NCBI GenBank assembly: GCA_028534125.1
Contig: CM052817.1
Location: forward strand, 77,192,001-77,256,000
Length of the DNA: 64,000 bases
DNA from: Lama glama
Lineage: Eukaryota
Direction: 5' to 3'
How positions within the stretch are numbered: position 1 is the stretch's first letter; every line of letters starts with the position of its first letter. The notes beneath the pieces were generated by a model. It searched no databases. It saw only the letters and a list, made by a program, of their open reading frames with translations, and was not told the origin of the DNA. A program made the translations under genes and the position numbers. This document shows, piece after piece, positions 24,927-36,081 of this stretch.

Positions 24927-27611
24927 GATATCATTCATTATCTTGATTGTGATAATGGTTTTACAGGTGTGTGGATATCAAATTGTATATTTAAATATGT
25001 ACAGTTTACTGTATTTCATTATATCTCAAGCTATTACATATTTTTAACTGAATTTATTTTTTTATAGGCTTGATATTTTTCTGATATTAAGATTTTCCAG
25101 CCAAGAACATGCTCTGTTGATTGTTTTGCCCTTGGGCCCTTCAATTGTTAGTATAAATTCTTCTGGTTTCTGGGAATTTAAAAAAAATATAGGTCCTGTA
25201 TTTTTCTTTTTAACTTAATTCTTTCCTACTGTCTGTTTTATGTGTGTTTGCTTTTTCTCATTTTTGTCTCTTTATTGCCAATAAAGAAAAAGCTATTGAT
25301 TTCTAAATACATAAGATTGCATTATCAACTTCTCTTTTTAATTTCATTACTTGAAAACTGAAATTTGGGTTTTTAAAAAAGATACATAGCTCATCATTAG
25401 CCCTATATTTTTTGATTCCAGTGGTTTCACAAATTATTTAATTTAACATTTTTTACTACATTCATTGAAACTTCCAGAATAATGTTGATTAATAAACTTG
25501 ACGGTGAACATTTGTGTCTGCTTGAGCTCTTAAAGGAAATGACTCTAACACCTGTGTTTAAATGATGTTCTAGGTAAAAGTGATAAGCATCACAAATACA
25601 GAAACTCCTGTTCTGGTTTGTTTTTCTTTAGTATCAAGGTTGGAAAGCAAAGACAACATTTTCCAGAATTCCTTGCATTGAGGCTTTTTTTCATTTTTTT
25701 ATATTTTTCAAATTGTTTGCAATGAACACATAATTAACTTACCCAAGAACACAGAGCTGGTAAGTGGTCAAGCCAAATAAATACACACAAGTGTATCTGT
25801 CAAAACACTGCTCTCTAGTGAGCATGTTTGCTTCCCAGTTACTGTTATTTGTTACTGTAATTGCATTATTTGATACCTAAATTTTATTTGCATTATCTAT
25901 CTCACTTAGAAGATTTGGTAAGGACAGCCCGGCATACATGCTGGCACTTGTATTTTGGTGATTTTATGCATATATTCTTTGACTTGGCTAATTTTAGCCC
26001 CTTCACTTGTAACAAATACTACATGTTGCTATAACATGATCCTTTTTTTTCTTACTTTGTTACAAGCAAGCACTCATTTGTTGAGGGGGACAATTTCAGT
26101 ATTTCAGAAGCTGATTTTGTCTTTCCCTGCTCTTATAATTTAGGTATGCCTCTACCAGAGGTTAATGTGCTGTGCGAAGGTACCTCTCTACTTAACTCAG
26201 ATTTCATAGAATAACCAAATATCAGAGTTGGAAGAACCCTTAAAAATCATTCTAGTCCATCCAATACTTTCATTTCCCAGATGGGAAGGCTGAGGTTTAA
26301 ATAGTCAAGCTCACGGTCACATGGATTTTGAAAAGCTGGGACTAGAACCCAGATCTCTCAATCTATGCTCCAGTGCCTTTTCTATGAGTCCACATTTTCC
26401 TTAAAAAACTTACTTTAAAAATTAAGCAAACTTTGAATTATAACTGCATTTCCAGAGGATACTTTGAAGCAAACTTAAAAAAAAAAAGTCAGCTCAATAT
26501 ATACACATAAACACATTAAAATGCATGTGTGTATGCAGGCATATTCCCCCCCCCCCCAAATCAGAGAGAGAGGGGAGGAGAAGAAGGGAGGGGATGGGAA
26601 GTCATCCATTTATGCCTCACTTTAACCCAACACTGTACACAGTCCTTGAGTTCCTAGGAATCTGGCTCTCAGCTTCTGCCTTTCTAGGCTCTATGCCTTC
26701 TTACTGTGACTTGCATCAACAGTTTCCAGGCCATCCAAGGGAAGGTGTGAATCTGGTCTTGTAGCACGATGCTTTAACTATAAAGGCCACTTCTTCTACC
26801 TCTAAATTTCAGCTTTAAGATCCCATCTTTACAGAAAGCAGTTGCAAAGTGTCTCTAAGTGAGAAGCAGAAGGTGGGAAACCAAAATCTTAGAGAGGATG
26901 ACCTTCCATCAACTCTCAAAGAGAGGTGAGACAGACTCCTATTTCTGAGGTTGAGCTTTCTGTCCTGTTTAGTTTAAATGTATTACCATATGCTCTACCA
27001 TCCCTACCATAGTTTCAAACCTCTTGTTATCCCACTAAGTTCACCATACGGTTTACAATGAAAGACTCTTTTAAACAGAAATATAAATGAGGGAAAATCT
27101 GACTCGTCAGAGATTTCACCCCTCTGTCATAAAACTTTGGCTTTGTTAAATCTTGATTATTTTCATTCTCAATATTCTCTCCACAAATGTCAGCTAATTT
27201 CTCACGTGGTTTTCACATAATCTTTTTTCTTTTCTAATTTGTAACTGTTTTGCTTCCTTTACTTATTTCTTGCCTCTCTCTGTTAGCCCTTTTAAGAGAA
27301 ACAGCTCCCTACTTCTAAGCATCAGGGGCCTATAAGGTTCCGAAAAACATCACTGCAGTTACAGGCTCATAAAAAACCTCATGTCACTGAATCACCTGAG
27401 TTAGCAAATGAGTGGTGTTTCTCTGCCTTTATAATTGTTGTTTCTGCTCTTAGCATGCATGTGATAGATTCTGAAGTCGAGACTCCTATGGAAATGTGTG
27501 ACCTGTCATTTTTGTAACTGAAGAGAATGCCTTCCTCATATAATTGGGCATAAAAGCTGTGAACATTTTGCCCTTCCTCAGTAAATCATACACATCACCA
27601 TCAAAATTTGC

Positions 27612-27999
27612 TTTTTTAAAGATAAGACTATAGTCCCAAATGGAGTCACTCATGCTAAGCCCCATGTCACCAAACCAAGACTTGATTACAGTTTGGGCTC
27701 TCACAGAAGTGGAATCTTAAATCATTCAGTCAGGAATCACCTGCTCAGCAGTAATCAGGTAATTTGCCTGATAGACCCTGGCCATCCCCTGAAGGAATAT
27801 AATCTTGCAATAACCAATCTGCTTTTTGCCTAGTATAAGTTTCTTGTTCCCACTCCCTTCTGCCTATAAAAGCCTTTAATTTTGAACAGCTCCTCAGAAG
27901 CCCTTTCTATCTGCTATACTGGATGCTCCCTGATTTATGAATTGCTCAATAAAGCCAATAAGATCTTTAAATTTTATTCAGTTGAATTTTGTTTTTTAA
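27612..27999 (+). mobile_element. ERV1-type solo LTR (MER34-like)
   Basis: aaatggagtcactcatgcta...aaccaatc...cctataaaagc (TATA)...caataaagccaat (polyA signal). Confidence 0.65.
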
Positions 28000-28589
28000 G
28001 TCTTAAAGAAGTTATTTCTTGCTCTATATTTAGGCAATTTTCAAACTGACATGGCCTCTAGGCACTAATTATTAAGGCTATCATGTTAGCATTCTGCCTT
28101 TAAGCTCAAGAGAGCAAAGCACAGTGAGAATTCAAGTATGAGAACAACATCCTTGTTTTATCACTAATTATAAATCTTTGACAAAATTCTTCTTACAGAT
28201 TATTTTTTAGTACTAGAATTGGAAACCTCTTAAGTTCTAAAGTTCAAGTCATTGGGGGTTCACATATACTAACAGGTGTAGGAGAATCATTTAACTGAAG
28301 GCGCTCTGTAAAACTGAGCGTACTCCATTTCTTCAAAGTGACTTCATAAAACATTCTTCCAAGTTTCCGTGTTTTTCACAGAAAGCTACAAGGACTCACT
28401 GATTTGGGGGACTTGAGCCCAAAAATGAAGCAAGTCTCTGGCAGCCTTATCTGTATCTCTGATATCACTTGAATTCAGGGAATGGCAAATAGAGCTATGA
28501 TGTTGCTGCTTAAGAATTTTAATCCTTTTTAAAATGAACTGTGACTAACCAGCTATGTTAATATGAAAGACTATGTTTTGTTTTTCAGT

Positions 28590-29290
28590 ACCATTTTAAA
28601 AGCTATTTAAAATTTATTTTCGTTTTCTAATTGTTTCTAGTATATAGAATACAATTGAGTTTTGGATATTTATATTATTTCCAATAGCTGTGCTTATTAA
28701 CCCTAATAGTTTGTAAATTCTTTTAGATTTTTTACATACATACAGTTATGCCATCTGCAAATGACAACTTTACTTTTTTTCTCAAAAAAAATACTTTTTC
28801 TTTTATCTTTTGTCTCTTTTATTTTTCTCGCCTTGTATTGACTAGTACCTCCAGTATAATGTAGAACAGAAGTGGTTATAGTAATCATCCTTATCTTAAT
28901 TCCAACCCAAGAGGCAAATGTTCAAAATTCACCATCAAGTAAAATGCAGTTGTTGATTTTTTTAAAAGATAATCTTGATGAAATAAGAGCGTTCCCTAGT
29001 TCCCTTCCATTCCTACTTTGCTGAGAGGCTGTTTTTTCCCCCCTTTGATCATAGTTTTTCTGCATTTATTGAAATAACTTTATGTTCTTTTCCTTTATTC
29101 TGTTAATGTAGTAAATTACATTGATTGAATTTTAAATATTAAATCAGTTTTGCATTTCTGGAACAAACTCCATTTGGTCTTGATGTTTATTTATTAGATT
29201 TATTAGATTTGCTCATATCTTGTACAGGACTTTTGCATCTGTGCTTATGACAGATATTAACCTGTAATTTTCTTTTCTTGTAATTATTAC
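28590..29290 (-). mobile_element. Old L1M ORF2 fragment
   Basis: T-rich sequence with catctgcaaatgacaactttactt, cttccattcctactttgctgaga and gacttttgcatctgtgcttatg. Confidence 0.7.
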
Positions 29291-29834
29291 ACTAAAGTCA
29301 TCTCTAAATGTTCAGATGAAAGTTTTTAAACTTTTAAAATTAAAAAAATTTCCTTTAATGTACATAGTACGATATTATTTTTTCTTAGAAAGACATATTT
29401 TAAAATAATTTTTGAAGAAAAAATTTTTGGACAAGAAATACTTCAAAAATATATTAGAAATATATTAAATTATTTAATTTTCATCACTTTTAGTGTTCTT
29501 TTCTCTCTCAAAAGTATCACAATTGGATGTTAAATTTTTATGGACCCTTATTAAGAGACAAGGTTGATTCTTCCTGGCCCTTAGATTCCCAGATAAAGAA
29601 AAATTTTTTTCCTGTCGAAGAATGAACCTCTGAACCTTGTACTGGAGGCTGAACATCTCCTATCCTTTCCCTGCTCTGAGCCTTAGCTCTTGCTGTTACC
29701 CCCACCTGGAGTACCTTCTGCACTCCAGCAGTCTTTGCTTTTTGGCAGTTTTCCTCCACCTTACATTCCAAATTAAATGCTCTCTTCTTCCTCCATTCCA
29801 AAAATGTGAGATTTATTTCTCCTCTGAGTAGAAA

Positions 29835-30085
29835 ATATTAATAATCACTAACACATATGATAATCACTACATGTCAGATACTATTTATTCTAAACGCTTT
29901 AAATATGTTAACTCATTTAATCTCCCTAACAACTTTGTGAGGTAGATATTATTTTTATTACTCTTTTACAGATTGAAAAAAAAAAAGCTGAGTTACAGAG
30001 AGGTTAAGTAACTTCAAAGTTTATGCCATTAATAACTGGAAATCCAGGATTCCAATCTAATTGTTTGTTTCCAGAGCCTGTCCCC
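29835..30085 (-). mobile_element. MIR SINE
   Basis: ttaactcatttaatctc...aacaactttgtgaggtag...ttttacagattga...cagagaggttaagtaactt. Confidence 0.8.
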
Positions 30086-30191
30086 ACACTATGTCACCTC
30101 AGGAAAGAGCTGACAATAATTTTTCATTTCTATTGTCACTGATGTAGCTTGGATCCCCTCATCTCTCACAGCTCTTTTTCAAGAACTGACT

Positions 30192-30350
30192 GTGGGGAGG
30201 GTATAGCTCAAGTGGTAGAGCACATGCTTAGCATGCACGAGGTCCCGGGTTCAATCCCCAGGACTGCCTCTAGAAATAAATAAATCAACAAACAAACAAA
30301 AAACCTAATTACCTCTCCCCACTGAAAAAAAAAAAAACTGGGGAAAAAAA
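30192..30350 (+). mobile_element. tRNA-derived SINE, camelid vic-1-like, full length
   Basis: GGGGAGGGTATAGCTCAAGTGGTAGAG (A box), GGTTCAATCC (B box), A-rich tail. TSD aagaactgact/aagagctgact. Confidence 0.88.
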
Positions 30351-30680
30351 AAGAGCTGACTAATTGCTATTAGTAGCAGAGGCACCAGGACATACCTTCT
30401 GGCTCCCACACTACTCCCAAAGGAACCTTCTAAAGCATGCATCTAAACAGCATCCCAACACGACAAAACAAAATAATCACCAAAACCCCCCTCAAACTCT
30501 CATTTATTTGCTTAACGACATTTGTCAGCTCTTCATACCTGTCAGACAAAGTCCAAAGTTACCGTAGCACCACAGTCATTTATATTCTTCCATAGTCAAG
30601 GCTTCCAGCTTCAGCTCCAGCATTCCAGCACTGCCCTCCGCCCCAGCCTTTGTTCCATAGCCATGGCTCTCAGTTAGTAG

Positions 30681-31019
30681 TGTTGATTTAAAACAAATAG
30701 ACTGCCAGAAATTTCTCCAGCAAAGACAGGTTTACTCAGGATCAGCAGAAAACTGCACTTCAGGGTCTACAACCATGGTGAGCCACATGCCATCTCCTGC
30801 AGGGCAAGGGAAGAGCACTTTTATAGAGGGGAAAGGAAGTTGGGAGGGCACCAGGAGACAGAGTCCCGTGGCTTCTCATTGGATGAGCCCTTGCCAGGAA
30901 CGAAGAGGTCTTTCTGCTTCCTGTTGGGCCTTGCCATTGTCACAGGGCATGAGAGCCCACCTGTCTGGTCTCCTAACTCTGTGTAACTGAGGTTTCTGCT
31001 TATTTATTTATTTTTCACA
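30681..31019 (-). mobile_element. ERV solo LTR (339 bp)
   Basis: TG...CA termini and 4-bp TSD GTAG on both sides. CCAAT, TATAAAAG and AGTAAA appear in order on the minus strand. Confidence 0.75.
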
Positions 31020-33784
31020 GTAGTCCTTAAATGTACATGCCTACTTATGTCTCCATGTCCTTGTTAGTTAGCACCACCCCCCCCCCGCATTATCCTTCAG
31101 CTTTCCTCCCTCTCTTCCTCTCTGCTTCCCTTCTTACCTACTTCTACTTTTCTTTCTTCTCTCTCTCTGGCTACAAAGTCCGGCCCAGATGTGATTTCTT
31201 CTTTTAGCAGCGTTCCATAAGCACTCCTTTCATCACCACCCGCAGTGTAATTATTTTATTTTCCTCTGAGATACTATAACGTAGTGAATCTACCTCTGTT
31301 ACAGCACACATCATATGGCATATTGTGATTTGCGTTTATACTTGGGCCCACAACTAGCCAGGGAGTTGTGGGTAGAGACCATGTGTTACCTTCATTCCCA
31401 GCACCTAGCACTTTGTGCCAGGCACACTGTAGGCATTCAACAAATGTCCTGTGAAATGAATGATCTCTTTATCTATTGGATCACATAATAGGGTTGAACA
31501 CATTGATGGCTCTCAATAAGCATTTTTTGAAGTGAGTAGCCTTGTACCTTCTTCTTCCTCAGAGTTAGCAAATGTCTGGTTCTGAGATGTCTAAATTTAT
31601 CAAGGAGGACTGTAAAAGCTATGCCAGGACTAAGGCCTCCTCACTAGCAAAGCTTAATACTATGCCACTGTTTGTATCTGGATGCATAGAAATCACTCCA
31701 GATCACTGAGTATTTAAAATTTGTATGTTCTGAAAAAATAGTGTTTCCTCTTGTTCTCTTTTTAATGTGATGAAGAAGGTGCACAGAGCCTTCGATTGTA
31801 TAGAAATAACAGACATCCTCCTTTTTAAAAGTTCTATGTGGCATTTTAAATAAAGGATGTGAATTTGCTTTGTTTTTAAAAACAATCTACAAAAACTTTT
31901 CAACAAATTTATTCTGTATAGGTATAAGCCCCAAATATAGGCTTTTATTTTTATAATGTGAAAGAAAATCTTGGCTTCAAAATAATTTATTAATAAATGT
32001 GTAATTGAGCTATTTATATTATGTTAAACTTTGGACAATTTTTGCAGAACCTGTCATCCCCCATTCTTTTTCAAACATTAAAGGAACAAAATACAGACAA
32101 GCCTTTCTTCTTGGAGTTTCTACATTAAAAGTGCTGAGTAATTTCTTTTGTACTGCTCAGTTATGATATAATGATCAATGCAAAAGCAATGTAAAAGAAA
32201 TACCAAATGTGAGAAAATTCTTTATTTCAAGAAATTGTTAGTAGCAGTAATATAAGTAACAACCATAAAGAGCAACCCAATTCTTCATAAATGGTACCCA
32301 TATTACACTGAGGGCACGATAGATTGTGATGGGTGTGCATATTACATAATAATTTTTAAAAATACCCGATAACCCCAAAGGCCAACCAAGACATAGTAAG
32401 TTAGTAGACTGGATTGCATTTGACAGTAGAAAAACCTTCAATGGAAAAATTTCTGGATTTACCAGAATTACAGAGAAGCATACGGTTCACGGAAGCAGGA
32501 TAGATGTTTTTAGCCAAATCTTTTAAATAATCTGTGAAATTGCTAAAATTTTTAATTTCTTCACAGATCAATATAAGATGAAAATAAATTAAAAGAGAAT
32601 CACTGAATTCCACTGTAAAGTTTAAGCTTGTCTTTAATTTCCAGTTGAGTAGAATGCTTTCATACTAACAGTCATGTAGATTTTCCTAGAACCATTTATT
32701 TGAATAACATTAATCATTATATCATAACTAAAATACATTTAGAGTGTTTCTATTCATTTTAAAAAAAGTGAGGGGCTTTTTTTTGAGAGGTTTTTTGGGT
32801 ACCTTGACTTACAAAAGTAATTTGGGGAGAAATAGTGGTGAGATAAAATTGCAAGAATCAAGAAGTGGTGGTGATTTCTTGTATAACTTACAGTTCTCTT
32901 GCTTTCTTTAGAATCTGTACTTCCACATAGTTGAAAACCACAGGGCTTCCTGGCTGTGAAGCCCTCAGGGTCAGTTCTTGATGCTAGGCTGGCTTCCCTT
33001 GCTCTCATTTCTTCCCTGCTGCACAGGAACCACGGGCAGTAGCCCTCTTCACCATTCTGTTGAACACTGCTGGCATCTTTTCTGTTGCTTGCTGGCCTTT
33101 TGATTCTAGACACATAATGAGGAGGATATATATAGTCTCTCCAGCTCCCACTGCCTTGCTGCCCTGAAAACAAGCACAGTGGATACTTCTCCTTTGAGGA
33201 TTTTACTATTATTCGTTGTGGGATAGAGTCTTGATTAAAAATAGTTGGGCTAAGACAATTACAAATTTTTTTAAAACCTTATAACATTTTTGAAAAAGGC
33301 TATTTTTTGAGCAGTTTTATGTTCATAGCAAAATTGAGAGGAAGGTACAGAGATTTCCCATATGTCGCCTTGCCCCCTTATAACATTTTAATACATGTTG
33401 CCCCTCAGTTTCCCCATATGGCTGGGAGGCCTAAAACTCAAAGGATTCCTAATATGCTCTTTTATTTTGGTGGCAGGTTTTGTGTGTTCATAGCTTTCCT
33501 GTTTCTAGGCCCAAAGATCCCTTTCTCTATCAAGGCCTTCTTCCCTATATAAGCCTGAAGATGCAAAATGAAAGGTGTAAATCTGAGTCAGTGAGAGGGC
33601 ACCTGTCTCAGAGCCTTCCAGGCTTGACTCCCTTCTCAGTGACCTCACAACTCAACACAGAACACATTCCCCTATGATGTTACCACACCTAGAAGCTTTC
33701 TTTGAATAATCATGGTTCCTGAGGGCCTTAGGTATGATATAAAAAATATATAAGCCTGAGTGACTAAATCTTCAGTTTAATCAA

Positions 33785-34284
33785 NNNNNNNNNNNNNNNN
33801 NNNNNNNNNNNNNNNNNNNNNNNNNNNNNNNNNNNNNNNNNNNNNNNNNNNNNNNNNNNNNNNNNNNNNNNNNNNNNNNNNNNNNNNNNNNNNNNNNNNN
33901 NNNNNNNNNNNNNNNNNNNNNNNNNNNNNNNNNNNNNNNNNNNNNNNNNNNNNNNNNNNNNNNNNNNNNNNNNNNNNNNNNNNNNNNNNNNNNNNNNNNN
34001 NNNNNNNNNNNNNNNNNNNNNNNNNNNNNNNNNNNNNNNNNNNNNNNNNNNNNNNNNNNNNNNNNNNNNNNNNNNNNNNNNNNNNNNNNNNNNNNNNNNN
34101 NNNNNNNNNNNNNNNNNNNNNNNNNNNNNNNNNNNNNNNNNNNNNNNNNNNNNNNNNNNNNNNNNNNNNNNNNNNNNNNNNNNNNNNNNNNNNNNNNNNN
34201 NNNNNNNNNNNNNNNNNNNNNNNNNNNNNNNNNNNNNNNNNNNNNNNNNNNNNNNNNNNNNNNNNNNNNNNNNNNNNNNNNNNN
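33785..34284. other. Assembly gap (500 N)
   Basis: Run of exactly 500 N. Confidence 0.99.
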
Positions 34285-34571
34285 GTATGTTTGATAATGT
34301 ATTATTTGATAATAAGAATGCCTTCCACTGAATTTCTTTCAAAAGTAGACAACCCTTGAAATAGTTACATTTTTCTTCCCTGCCTTTCATAGGCACAAGT
34401 GATAATTAGCATAACTGTATGTCACAAATGGACTCATACTTCAAAGAAAGGAAATTATTTACTAGTTCCAAGTTGTTGAGATTAGTTGTCCTTGGACTAA
34501 AATAAGTTATGTACCCTGTCTACCAAATACAGCTGCTGCCTATATGCTTCCACATCAAAATCTTATCATTA

Positions 34572-34981
34572 AAAAAATTTATTGAAATGTAATTGATTTA
34601 CAATGTTAGTTTCAGGTGTACAGCAAAGTGATTCAGTTATACATATACATACATATATATTTTTTCTTTTCAGATTCTTTTCCATTATATGTTATTACAA
34701 GAAATTGAATATAGTTCCCTGTGATATACATTAGGTCCTTGTTGTTTATCTACTTTATATACAGTAACATGTGTGTCTGTTAACCCCTAACCCCTAACTT
34801 AGCCCTCCCCACCCCTTCCCCTTTGGTAACCATAGTTTGTTTCCTGTTTGTGAGTCTGTTTTTGGTTTGTAAATAGAATTTGTGTCATTTTGTTTATAGA
34901 TTCCACATATCAGTGCTATCATATGATATCTGTCTTTGACTTACTTCACTCGGTATGATCATCACTAGGTCCATCCGTGTT
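34572..34981 (-). mobile_element. LINE-1 3'UTR fragment
   Basis: Homologous to 22970-23360 (ttgaatatagttccctgtg, gattccacatat, aggtccatcc). Confidence 0.88.
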
Positions 34982-35833
34982 ATCGTTCTTCTTAATGATT
35001 TGTTCTGCTAATCTTTCATGAGGAACATCATTAGTCAGATGTTATCTTGAACTCATTTTGCATCTTGAATATTAATGTGTGTAAGTTTGTAATTTCATTA
35101 ATTCGGTGGCAAAAGCACATTTATCATACTGTAAATCTTATAAGTCTTCGAACAAAAGTTATTTAAAATTCTGAAACTGGGTCATTTTATGATTCTGAGT
35201 TGCCACTGTACCTGGGTAGTATCTGTTATTTATTTGCTTGTCTCCTGAGGGTTACTGGTAATCCTTAACGATTTCCGTCCTAGGGTTTCCTTAGTCAAAA
35301 TAATTTTGTAAAGAAACTAAAGGGTTTGTTTTTCAAATGAATGGTTAACTAGAAAGCATGCCTCTGCTTTACTAGGCTTAAAACAAAGTATCTCGCCTTA
35401 TTCCAACATCTGTATTTCATTTATTGCTAAGGCAGGATAAGACGATCTGGAAAGAATGGATTGAAATCAGTTTTAATGATCATTATCTGATTTTTTTTTT
35501 TTTGAACTGAAAATTTCCCTCCGAGTCAGGTTCTGTCATGCTTAACTTTGAGTGTGTACTTCATAGGAGTAAAAGTTACAGTGACTTAATCTACTCCTCT
35601 TCTACCTCTTAAAAAACTACTTACTTAACAAAAAATGTTAGACTAAGAGACATAATCTTTCTTGACATTTCCGTGCAGTGGCTCTGTTGGATTTCACATG
35701 TATGTGTTTTTTAATTGTGCACTTGTTAAAATATTTTATTCCTCCAAAAATATAACACACTTGGTCTGGATTTTACAGCTTTTCAAATTGATTATCTAAA
35801 TTCAGGTGATTCTTGGATTTTTAAAATGCATTC

Positions 35834-36081
35834 ATGAACTTATGGTTACCAGGGGGGTGGGGGTAGGTGGAAGGATAAATTGGGAATTCAAGATTTGCAG
35901 ATACTATATATAAAATAGGTAAACAGCAAGGTTCTATTGTATAGCACAGGGAACTATATTCAATATCTTGTAATACCCTATAGTGAAAAAGAATATGAAA
36001 AGGAATATATATGTATAACTGAAATATTATGCTATACACTAGAAATCAACACATTGTAAGATGACTATATTTCATTAAAAA
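35834..36081 (+). mobile_element. Short LINE-1 3'UTR insertion
   Basis: Homologous to 8540-8780 (gtatagcacagggaactatattcaata). Flanked by aaaatgcattc/aaaatgcactc. Confidence 0.88.

Noticed and set aside
30194..30270. tRNA-like sequence with A and B boxes
   Set aside because: It has an A-rich tail, a TSD and several diverged copies in the window, so it is a SINE and not a tRNA gene.
34781..34806. Telomere-like taacccctaacccctaac
   Set aside because: Only two or three degenerate units, inside an L1 3'UTR fragment.
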